NCBI RefSeq assembly: GCF_900289195.1 | Contig: NZ_OMOH01000011.1 | Span: 45,839 to 77,838, forward strand | Origin: Propionibacterium ruminifibrarum | GTDB taxonomy: Bacteria > Actinomycetota > Actinomycetes > Propionibacteriales > Propionibacteriaceae | Length of the DNA stretch: 32,000 bases | Reading direction: 5' to 3' | Shown: piece by piece, positions 1 to 7,431 of the stretch | Numbering within the stretch: the first letter of the stretch is position 1 | Layout of the letters: the number at the start of each line of letters is the position of its first letter | Program-made: the position numbers and the translations under genes | The notes under the pieces: generated by a model | Told to the model about the DNA's origin: nothing | What the model saw: only the letters and a program-made list of their open reading frames with translations | Databases searched by the model: none

Positions 1-847
1 AACTGCTCTCCTCAAAGACGGCCTCACGCCGGTAGGCGATCTGACGTTCGACGTACCAGCGTTCGATGTCCGACTCGTCGGCGTCCACGTACACCGAGAA
101 GTCGATGAAGTCGCTGACCGCCACCGAGCTGCGGTCCCCGTGCCCGGCCCGGGCCGGCTGCAGCACGTTGAGGCCCTCCAGGATGAGGATGTCGGGGCTG
201 TGGATCTGCTCGCGTTCGCCGGGGACGATGTCGTACAGCGTGTGGGAGTAGACCGGCGTCGACACGTCGGGGCGGCCCGACTTGACGTCCATGACGAACC
301 TCAGCAGCGCCCGCAGGTCGTAGCTCTCGGGGAAACCCTTGCGCGGGATGAGGCCGCGGGCCTCGAGCTCGGCGTTCGGCATGAGGAAGCCGTCGGTCGG
401 CACCAGCACGACGTGGGGGTGGTTCTCGCCGCGGGCCAGCAGTTCACGCAGCAGACGGGCCGTCGTCGACTTGCCGACGGCCACCGAACCGGCGACACCG
501 ACGATGAGGGGGGTGCGGGGCGTCGCGGCCGAGCTCAGGCCGAGGAAACGGTTCTGGGCGCCCCACAGCCGCCCGCGGTTGGTCCTGTGCAGCTCGATGA
601 GCTGGCTCAGGGGCAAGTAGACCTGCTCGACATCGGACTCGTCGGTCGGGTCGTCCAGCCCTCGCAGGTGCTCGATCGTCGCGCGGTCGAGGGTGAGCAG
701 GGAGTCCCCGGCCAGCTGTGACCACTGGGTGCGAGGAATCTCGAGCCAGGGGCCGCCGTCGCGTCGGCCGCTGTCGCGGGTCTCGTCGAGGGGCTGTTCG
801 TCGCCCGGGTCGCGTCCCCCCGGGCCGGGTTCTCGTGGGTCCTGCAC
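1..847 (-). CDS. coaA: Type I pantothenate kinase (C-terminal end runs off the left edge of the window)
   Basis: My own minus-strand translation; the ORF is absent from the track because no stop lies in the window. It reads ...LEIPRTQWSQLAGDSLLTLDRATIEHLRGLDDP..VEQVYLPLSQLIELH...PLIVGVAGSVAVGKSTTARLLRELLARGENHPHVVLVPTDGFLMPN... This parallels E. coli CoaA, including the P-loop GSVAVGKST. GTG at 847-845 is the only ATG/GTG/TTG between the conserved region and upstream sequence, so the start is uncertain. Confidence 0.85.
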   Translation of the reverse strand, partial: MQDPREPGPGGRDPGDEQPLDETRDSGRRDGGPWLEIPRTQWSQLAGDSLLTLDRATIEHLRGLDDPTDESDVEQVYLPLSQLIELHRTNRGRLWGAQNRFLGLSSAATPRTPLIVGVAGSVAVGKSTTARLLRELLARGENHPHVVLVPTDGFLMPNAELEARGLIPRKGFPESYDLRALLRFVMDVKSGRPDVSTPVYSHTLYDIVPGEREQIHSPDILILEGLNVLQPARAGHGDRSSVAVSDFIDFSVYVDADESDIERWYVERQIAYRREAVFEESS

Positions 848-1054
848 CCGTGAAAGCCCACCACGTCGCGCCGCCGATGTCCACTCGGCGCGACGCGGCG
901 GCAGGTGAGAAGGTCCGCGCGGGCCGCCCGGGAGGCCCCGGGGCCTCGCGCCCACGAGCACCGCCGAGGGCCGGGAACCCTCGGCGCGCACCGCCCGGCG
1001 CCGGCGCGGGGTGCTGCCGCGGCCCGCCTGTCCCGGTAGGGGGCCGGGTGCCCA

Positions 1055-1060
1055 TAGAGT
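1055..1060 (+). promoter_or_regulatory. Candidate -10 box TAGAGT, 7 nt upstream of the glmS ATG (leaderless transcript predicted)
   Basis: TAGAGT (TAnnnT) at 1055-1060, then aggggtc, then ATG at 1068. There is no room for a leader or a properly spaced SD. Confidence 0.4.
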
Positions 1061-1067
1061 AGGGGTC

Positions 1068-2912
1068 ATGTGCGGAATCATTGGTTACGTCGGCCCCCAG
1101 CAGGCCGTGAACGTCATCGTCGAGGGCCTGCGCCGTCTGGAGTACCGCGGGTACGACTCCGCCGGCGTGGCCGTCGGCACCGGCAGCAGCATCGAGTGGC
1201 GCAAGAAGGCCGGCAAGATCACCAATCTCGACGCCGAGCTGGCCGCCAGGCCACTGCCGGCCTCGACCATCGGAATCGGCCACACCCGCTGGGCCACCCA
1301 CGGCGGCCCCACCGACACGAACGCGCACCCGCACCTGTCGCAGGACGGCCGGGTCGCGCTCGTCCACAACGGCATCATCGAGAACTTCGCCCAGCTGCGC
1401 GCCGAACTGAGCGCCGAGGGCGTCACCTTCCGCTCGGAGACCGACACCGAGGTCGCAGCAGCCCTGCTCGGCCGCGTCCTGGCCACCGCCGCCGACCTGC
1501 CGAGTGCCATGCGCCAGGTCTGTGCCCGGCTGGAGGGCGCCTTCACGCTCGTCGCCATCGACGCCCAGGACCCGGACCGTGTCGTCGCGGCCCGCCGCAA
1601 CTCGCCGCTCGTCGTCGGCGTCGGCGAGGGCGAGAATTTCCTCGCCTCCGACGTGGCCGCCTTCATCGAGCACACCCGTGACGCCATCGAACTCGGCCAG
1701 GACCAGGTGGTCGTCATCACCGCCGACTCCATCGAGGTCACCGACTTCGACGGCAGCCCGGTCGAGGTCACCCCCTACCACATCGACTGGGACACGACCG
1801 CCGCCGAGAAGGCCGGCTACGACTGGTTCATGCGCAAGGAGATCTTCGAGCAGCCGCAGGCCGTGGCCGACACCCTGCTCGGGCGCTACGCGGACCACGG
1901 CGAGCTCGTCCTCGACGAGATCCGCATCAGCCCCGAGATGCTGCGCCGGGTCAACAAGATCATCATCATCGGCTGCGGCACCGCCTACTACGCGGGCATG
2001 GTCGCCAAGTACGCCATCGAACACTGGGTGCGCATCGGCTGCGAGGTCGAGCTGGCCAGCGAGTTCCGCTACCGCGACCCCATCGTCGACGCCGGCACCC
2101 TGTGCGTGGCCATCAGCCAGTCCGGCGAGACCGCCGACACGCTGCAGGCCATCCGGCACGCCCGCGAGCAGGGGGCGAAGGTCATCGCCATCTGCAACAC
2201 GAACGGCTCGACGATCCCGCGCGAGTCCGACGCCGTGATCTACACCCACGCGGGGCCCGAGATCGGCGTCGCCTCCACCAAGGGCTTCCTCACCCAGCTC
2301 ATCGCCTGCTACCTGCTCGGCCTGTACCTGGCGCAGGTGCGCGGCATGAAGTACGGCGACGAGATCAGCGCCATCATGGACGAGCTGGCCGGCATGCCCC
2401 AGAAGGTGCAGCAGGTGCTGGACGGCGCCGACGCCGTCTACGAGCTGGCCCACCAGCTGATCGATCAGGGCGACTACGTTTTCCTCGGACGCCACGTCGG
2501 CTACCCGGCGGCCATGGAGGGCGCCCTCAAGCTCAAGGAGATCGCCTACCTGCACGCCGAGGGCTTCGCCGCCGGCGAGCTCAAGCACGGTCCCATCGCC
2601 ATCATCAACCCCGACATGCCGGTCTTCGTCATCGTCCCGCCGGCCGGACGCGACCAGCTGCACGACAAGGTCGTGAGCAACATCCAGGAGGTGCGCGCCC
2701 GCGGCGCCCGCACCATCGTGCTGGCCGAGGAGGACGACACCGAGGTCGACGCCTACGCCGAGAGGATCATCCGCCTGCCCAAGGTGAGCACCCTGCTGCA
2801 GCCGGTGCTGGCCGTCGTGCCGCTCCAGCTGTTCGCCTGCGAACTGGCCACGGCGCTCGGCAACGACGTCGACCAGCCGCGCAACCTGGCCAAGTCGGTC
2901 ACCGTCGAGTAG
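1068..2912 (+). CDS. glmS: Glutamine--fructose-6-phosphate aminotransferase (isomerizing)
   Basis: The ORF 1011..2912 was trimmed to the internal ATG that gives the obligatory N-terminal MCGIIGYVG (Cys2 nucleophile). Two SIS domains are present and the C-terminus is ...KSVTVE. Product is 614 aa. Confidence 0.95.
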   Translation: MCGIIGYVGPQQAVNVIVEGLRRLEYRGYDSAGVAVGTGSSIEWRKKAGKITNLDAELAARPLPASTIGIGHTRWATHGGPTDTNAHPHLSQDGRVALVHNGIIENFAQLRAELSAEGVTFRSETDTEVAAALLGRVLATAADLPSAMRQVCARLEGAFTLVAIDAQDPDRVVAARRNSPLVVGVGEGENFLASDVAAFIEHTRDAIELGQDQVVVITADSIEVTDFDGSPVEVTPYHIDWDTTAAEKAGYDWFMRKEIFEQPQAVADTLLGRYADHGELVLDEIRISPEMLRRVNKIIIIGCGTAYYAGMVAKYAIEHWVRIGCEVELASEFRYRDPIVDAGTLCVAISQSGETADTLQAIRHAREQGAKVIAICNTNGSTIPRESDAVIYTHAGPEIGVASTKGFLTQLIACYLLGLYLAQVRGMKYGDEISAIMDELAGMPQKVQQVLDGADAVYELAHQLIDQGDYVFLGRHVGYPAAMEGALKLKEIAYLHAEGFAAGELKHGPIAIINPDMPVFVIVPPAGRDQLHDKVVSNIQEVRARGARTIVLAEEDDTEVDAYAERIIRLPKVSTLLQPVLAVVPLQLFACELATALGNDVDQPRNLAKSVTVE

Positions 2913-2924
2913 GAGGGGCGGGCC

Positions 2925-3293
2925 ATGATCATCGGCGTGGGCATCGACGTCTGCTCGGTCGAACGCTTCAGCGCCATGCTGAAACGACACCCCGGTGTGC
3001 TCGAGCGCCTGCTCAACCCCGACGAGCGCCTCGCCCACGGGCTGCCGCGCTCACCGGAGTCGCTGGCCGCCCGCTTCGCGGCCAAGGAGGCGCTGGCGAA
3101 GGCACTCGGCGCGCCGGGAAACCTGTCGTGGCGCGACGCCGAGGTGGTCGTCGGCGAGGACCGCCGGCCCGTGCTCGAGGTCCGCGGCTCGGTGAAGGCC
3201 CGCGCCGACGAACTGGGCGCCACCGTCTTCCACCTGTCGCTGAGCCACGACGGGCCGGTGGCCACCGCCATCGTCATCGCCGAGGCGCGCTGA
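2925..3293 (+). CDS. acpS: Holo-[acyl-carrier-protein] synthase (4'-phosphopantetheinyl transferase)
   Basis: 122 aa. Starts [15 protein letters not shown] and contains ..[14 protein letters not shown].., typical of AcpS. An SD (aggagggg) lies upstream, 12 nt after the glmS stop. Confidence 0.9.
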   Translation: MIIGVGIDVCSVERFSAMLKRHPGVLERLLNPDERLAHGLPRSPESLAARFAAKEALAKALGAPGNLSWRDAEVVVGEDRRPVLEVRGSVKARADELGATVFHLSLSHDGPVATAIVIAEAR

Positions 3294-3294
3294 G

Positions 3295-4722
3295 ATGCGT
3301 CCCGTCGCCACCGCCGACCAGATCAGGGCCGCCGAGCAGTCCTGGTTCGACGCCCACCCGGGCCGGGACCTCATGGAGACGGCCGCCGCGCACGTCAGCG
3401 CCGCCGCCCTCGACATGCTCGCGGACGCGTCCGGGGCCCGTGTCCTCGTCGCCGTGGGGCCGGGCAACAACGGCGGGGACGGCCTGTACGCGGCCCGCGA
3501 CCTCGCGGCCCGGGGCGTCGACGTCGCACTGTGGTTCACCTCGTCGCACCGGCACGAGTCGGGCGGCGCGGCCGCCGCGGGCGCCGGCGCCCGCGAGGTC
3601 GACGCCACCACGGCCATCGCGGAACTGGCCGAGACCGACCTGGTCATCGACGCCGTGCTCGGCATCGGCGGGCGGCCCGGCCTGCGCCCGCCGGTCGCCG
3701 AGTTCGCCCGCGCCTGCACCGACCTGGCCGTGCCGGTCCTGTCCGTCGACGTGCCCTCCGGCCTCGACGCCGACCGGGCCGGCGCCGAGCACCCGGAGTG
3801 CTTCACCGCCACCCGCACCGTCACCTTCGGCGCGCTCAAGTGCTGCCACGTCGCCCAGCCCGCGGCCGGGCGCTGCGGCCGGGTCGAGGTGGCCGACATC
3901 GGCATCACCGTCACCGGGCCCACCGTGTTCGCCGCCGAACGCTGCGACATCGCCGCCCGCTGGCCCGCCCCTGGGCCCGAGTCCGACAAGTACACCCGCG
4001 GTGTCCTCGGCCTCGACACCGGATCGGCGGGCTTCCCCGGCGCCGGCGTCCTCACCGCCACCGGCGCCCTGTACGCCGGCGCCGGGTTCATCCGCTGCTG
4101 CGCGCCGGACCCGGTGCCCGCCATGGTCACCGCGGCGCTGCCCTCGGTCACCGTCGGCCCGGGACGGGTGCAGGCCTGGGTGGTCGGCTCCGGCTGGGGC
4201 GATCCCGGACACAACGCGGGGCGCCTGGCGGCCCGACTCGGTGACGGGGTGCCGCTCGTCCTCGACGCCGACGCCCTGGCCGAGCTGCCCGCCGAACTCC
4301 CCGAGGGCTGCCTCGCCACCCCGCACGCCGGCGAGCTGGCCCGCCTGCTCGGCGTCGACCGCGCCGAGGTGGCCGCCGACCCGATCGGTTCGTGCCGCGC
4401 CGCCGCCGAGCGTTTCGCGGTGACGGTGCTGCTCAAGGGCGCCACCCAGTATGTCGCCGAGCCCGGCGGCCGCGTCACCGTCGCCCCGCCCGGCCCGGCA
4501 TGGACGGCGCAGGCCGGTTCGGGCGACACGCTCGCCGGCATCTGCGGCACGCTGCTCGCCTCCGGCCTGAGCGCGCGCTGGGCGGGCGTGCTGGCCGCCG
4601 GCGTCCAGGCGCTCGCCGCAACGGAGAACCCGGGGCCGTACCCGCCCGACGAACTCGCCCGCGCCCTGCCCGCGGTCATCGCCCGGCTCACCGCCGAGGC
4701 CCGGTCCGCCGCCGGCCGCTGA
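3295..4722 (+). CDS. nnr: Bifunctional NAD(P)H-hydrate repair enzyme (epimerase + ADP-dependent dehydratase, YjeF family)
   Basis: 475 aa. The N-terminal YjeF_N motif is GPGNNGGDGLYAARDLA. C-terminal carbohydrate-kinase-like motifs are KYTRGVLG, TPHAGELARLLG, LLKGATQYV and GSGDTLAG. Starts 1 nt after the acpS stop. Confidence 0.9.
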   Translation: MRPVATADQIRAAEQSWFDAHPGRDLMETAAAHVSAAALDMLADASGARVLVAVGPGNNGGDGLYAARDLAARGVDVALWFTSSHRHESGGAAAAGAGAREVDATTAIAELAETDLVIDAVLGIGGRPGLRPPVAEFARACTDLAVPVLSVDVPSGLDADRAGAEHPECFTATRTVTFGALKCCHVAQPAAGRCGRVEVADIGITVTGPTVFAAERCDIAARWPAPGPESDKYTRGVLGLDTGSAGFPGAGVLTATGALYAGAGFIRCCAPDPVPAMVTAALPSVTVGPGRVQAWVVGSGWGDPGHNAGRLAARLGDGVPLVLDADALAELPAELPEGCLATPHAGELARLLGVDRAEVAADPIGSCRAAAERFAVTVLLKGATQYVAEPGGRVTVAPPGPAWTAQAGSGDTLAGICGTLLASGLSARWAGVLAAGVQALAATENPGPYPPDELARALPAVIARLTAEARSAAGR

Positions 4723-4843
4723 CCAGCCCGCAGGCTTGCCCGCGGCGGGTATCGTGGCGTGACGGTGCGCGACACGCGCATGAGGGGCCCGACCGTATTC
4801 ATCGAGACAGGGCTTCTGTGCCCTGCTCTTCCTGAAAGTCCCC

Positions 4844-6739
4844 ATGCCTCACTCACATGACGCCGGTCGCCCCCGACGCGACCGGAAAGCCGGCGCCGAC
4901 CGATCCAAGCACGCCCGAGGGAACCGACCACGGGGCCGCGACGGCAGCCGTGAGCGCGCCCGCGGCTGGGGCCGCGACGAGTGGGACGCCGCCGTCGGCC
5001 GGCCCGCGCGCCGCCGCAGGAAGTGGGACCGCGACGCGGGGAGCGGTGGGCAGCGCGCCGTTGATGCCCCGCAGCGCGGGCGCACGGAGGGCCGGCGACG
5101 TCCCGGCGACGGTCGCGGTCGGGGCCCGGGTCGCCGTGGCGGGACCACACGATGGACCGACGAACGCAGCGGCGGCCGGCGTACGGACTTCCGGGAGAAC
5201 GTCCGCGACCGGGACGGGCGGACGGACCACCGGGCAGGCGGATCCAGTGGATCCCGTGACCGCCGCCGCGGCAACGCGCCCCTGAGGGGTGACCGGCCGG
5301 CCGAGAGAACACGCTCCGGGTGGCAGCAGGCGCTCGACGCACGACCCGAGGACACCCGCCGGGCCGATGGCCCCGACGAACGCCGCACCGACGCCGGACG
5401 GGTAGGGCGGGACGAGCACCCGCACGGCCGGGTCGGCCGGGAGAAGGCGCCGCGCCGGACCAGTCGGGGCCCGCGCTTCACCGAACTCGGCGTGCCCGAG
5501 GCCCTCGTCGCCGTCCTCGACGCCCAGGGCATCACCACGGCCTTCCCCATCCAGGCCGCCGCCATCCCCGACGCCATGAGCGGCCGCGACCTGCTCGGCC
5601 GCGGCCAGACCGGCTCGGGCAAGACCCTCGCCTTCGGCCTGCCCGCCCTCACCCGCCTGGGGCACGGCGGCGCCGCACCGGGGCATCCCCGCGCCGTCGT
5701 GCTCGCCCCGACCCGCGAACTGGCCATGCAGGTGCACGACGTGCTGCGCCCGCTCGCCGAGGCCGCCGGCATGCGCACCGTGCTCGTCGCCGGCGGCATG
5801 AGCTACACCCCGCAGCTGCGGGCCCTGCGCGCCGGCGTCGACGTCGTCGTGGCCACACCCGGCCGCCTCGTCGATCTCATGGAGCAGCAGGCGGCCCGGC
5901 TCGACCAGGTGGAGACCATCGTGCTGGACGAGGCGGACGAGATGGCCGACCTGGGTTTCATGCCCGAGGTCACCCGCATCCTCGACGACGTGCAGTCCGG
6001 CGCCCAGCACCTGCTGTTCAGCGCCACGCTCGACGAACAGGTCGACGAGCTCGTGCGCCGCTACCTCGACGACCCGGTCGTGCACGGCGTCGACGCCGCA
6101 CGCGCCTCGGTCACGACGATGCGCCACCAGGTCTGGGCCGTCAGCGCCCGCGAGAAGAAGGACGTCATCGCGCAGGCAGTCAACCGGCCGGGCCGCACCA
6201 TCGTCTTCGTGCGCACCCAGCGAGACGCCGACGAGACCGCGGAGCGGCTGCGCGCGGCCGGCGTCACCGCGGGCGCCCTGCACGGCGGCCTGCCCCAGGG
6301 CATGCGCGCCCGCGTCCTGCACGCCTTCCGCACCGGCACGGTGCCGGTGCTCGTGGCCACCGACGTGGCGGCCCGCGGCATCGACGTCGACGACGTCTCA
6401 CTCGTCCTGCAGGCCGACCCGCCCCACGACGGCAAGGACTACCTGCACCGGGCCGGGCGCACCGCCCGCGCCGGCACCGACGGCCTGGTCGCCTCCGTCG
6501 TGCTGCCCCGGCAGCGCCGCCGGATGGACCGGATCCTGCGCGAGGCCGGCGTGCAGGAACGCCCGCGCGGTGTGCGCCCCGGGGACCGGCTGACCGAGCT
6601 GACCGGCGGCACCAGGCCCGGCGGCGATCCGGTCACCGCCGAGCAGTACAAGGCCCTCATCGCCCCGCCGCGCCCGGCCCACCGGCAGGGCGGCCGCCGC
6701 AGGGGACGGCCGTACCGGCGCAGGCACCCCAGACGCTGA
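4844..6739 (+). CDS. DEAD-box ATP-dependent RNA helicase (RhlE-like) with ~210-aa Arg/Gly/Asp-rich N-terminal extension and basic C-terminal tail
   Basis: A full motif set begins near aa 212: Q motif FPIQAAAIP, GQTGSGKT, PTRELA, DEAD (LDEADEMAD), SAT, ATDVAARGID and HRAGRTARAG. ATG 4844 is the only in-frame ATG upstream of the core. In the extension, by eye, codon position 2 is the least G/C-rich and position 3 the most, as expected for real coding sequence. Confidence 0.85.
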   Translation: MPHSHDAGRPRRDRKAGADRSKHARGNRPRGRDGSRERARGWGRDEWDAAVGRPARRRRKWDRDAGSGGQRAVDAPQRGRTEGRRRPGDGRGRGPGRRGGTTRWTDERSGGRRTDFRENVRDRDGRTDHRAGGSSGSRDRRRGNAPLRGDRPAERTRSGWQQALDARPEDTRRADGPDERRTDAGRVGRDEHPHGRVGREKAPRRTSRGPRFTELGVPEALVAVLDAQGITTAFPIQAAAIPDAMSGRDLLGRGQTGSGKTLAFGLPALTRLGHGGAAPGHPRAVVLAPTRELAMQVHDVLRPLAEAAGMRTVLVAGGMSYTPQLRALRAGVDVVVATPGRLVDLMEQQAARLDQVETIVLDEADEMADLGFMPEVTRILDDVQSGAQHLLFSATLDEQVDELVRRYLDDPVVHGVDAARASVTTMRHQVWAVSAREKKDVIAQAVNRPGRTIVFVRTQRDADETAERLRAAGVTAGALHGGLPQGMRARVLHAFRTGTVPVLVATDVAARGIDVDDVSLVLQADPPHDGKDYLHRAGRTARAGTDGLVASVVLPRQRRRMDRILREAGVQERPRGVRPGDRLTELTGGTRPGGDPVTAEQYKALIAPPRPAHRQGGRRRGRPYRRRHPRR

Positions 6740-6803
6740 GCAGGCCTGGGGCGCAGCCCCCGCGCCCTTGCCCGTCGCCTGATCGAGGAGAGGAGAACTG
6801 GGC

Positions 6804-7289
6804 ATGAACCCGAGCTATTTCAGGATCAAACTGGCCAGGGACGAGGCGCTGGAGCGGCTGTGTGCCTGGAACAAGAGGCCGATCAGGGAGGAGATCGAGG
6901 TGGAGTACGCCAAGGCCGTCTCGGTCGCGGTCGACGAGAACGGACTGTGGAAGGGGGTCTGCCTGTACGTCTACGAGAACGCGGGCTGGACCGTTTTCGA
7001 GGAGCTGTCCGGTTACCACTCCTTTGTCGACGCCGAGGACTGGAAGGCCTTCGCCGGGGACGACTCACTGGTGGTCGCCGGGTATGACGAAGCCCTGCTG
7101 AGTGCCGAGTTCGTGGTCATCGAGAACGGAACCTTGGTGAAGAATTTCACCGAAATCGAGGACACCCCGGAGAAGAACGTGAATCAGGGCACCGGTTTCG
7201 ACGAGATCAGCAGCTGGGTGGACGTGGCGTCCTTCGTCGATGATGACGACCTGGCCTATTCCGGTGACGGTGCGGTCGTCATACTCTGA
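6804..7289 (+). CDS. Hypothetical acidic protein, 161 aa (possible immunity-/SUKH-like small protein)
   Basis: A strong SD (ggagaggaga) lies 8 nt upstream of the ATG. G+C is visibly lower than in neighbouring genes. The product is very D/E-rich, with the C-terminus FVDDDDLAYSGDGAVVIL. I recognise no family with certainty. Confidence 0.7.
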   Translation: MNPSYFRIKLARDEALERLCAWNKRPIREEIEVEYAKAVSVAVDENGLWKGVCLYVYENAGWTVFEELSGYHSFVDAEDWKAFAGDDSLVVAGYDEALLSAEFVVIENGTLVKNFTEIEDTPEKNVNQGTGFDEISSWVDVASFVDDDDLAYSGDGAVVIL

Positions 7290-7319
7290 ATGCCGGGGAA
7301 ACTCCTCTCAGGTGCGCGG

Positions 7320-7347
7320 GCCCGGTCGATTCAGCGGCGAACCGGGC
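7320..7347 (+). terminator. Weak hairpin downstream of the orphan ORF
   Basis: gcccggt (7320-7326) pairs with accgggc (7341-7347) across a 14-nt loop. There is no U-tract. Confidence 0.25.
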
Positions 7348-7417
7348 ACCGCCCTCTGACGGCACGGGGCGCATCTGCGGACATCGGGCGGTACCGGGTC
7401 ACCTCTCCTGGGCCCAC

Positions 7418-7423
7418 TAGACT
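7418..7423 (+). promoter_or_regulatory. Candidate -10 box TAGACT, 8 nt upstream of the GNAT-tsaE GTG (leaderless or near-leaderless)
   Basis: The sequence is ccacTAGACTggacggacGTG. The cacTAGAnT context is the same as upstream of guaA. Confidence 0.4.
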
Positions 7424-7431
7424 GGACGGAC

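Noticed and set aside
848-1067. glmS ribozyme upstream of glmS
   Set aside because: The predicted -10 box sits 7 nt from the ATG, so there is no leader. I saw no ribozyme core sequence, and the element is characteristic of Firmicutes rather than Actinobacteria.
444-3038. 864-aa minus-strand ORF spanning coaA, the intergenic region and all of glmS
   Set aside because: It lies antisense to the unmistakable glmS frame and out of frame with coaA. The product is a low-complexity G/A/D/V/R-rich sequence with no recognisable domain. It is a typical stop-codon-poor antisense artefact of high-GC DNA.
2102-4423. 773-aa plus-strand ORF and the 763-aa and 523-aa minus-strand ORFs (3051..5342, 3274..4845) across glmS, acpS and nnr
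   Set aside because: They are out of frame or antisense to well-supported glmS, acpS and nnr. Their compositions are Arg/Pro/Ala-rich nonsense, and they have no SD or conserved motifs.
4857-5285. Alternative +1-frame ORF (142 aa, Ala/Thr/Gly/Pro-rich) over the helicase N-terminal region
   Set aside because: By eye, the position-specific G/C pattern (lowest at codon position 2, highest at position 3) fits the 4844 frame, which also runs uninterrupted into the helicase core. I cannot fully exclude the alternative without proteomics.
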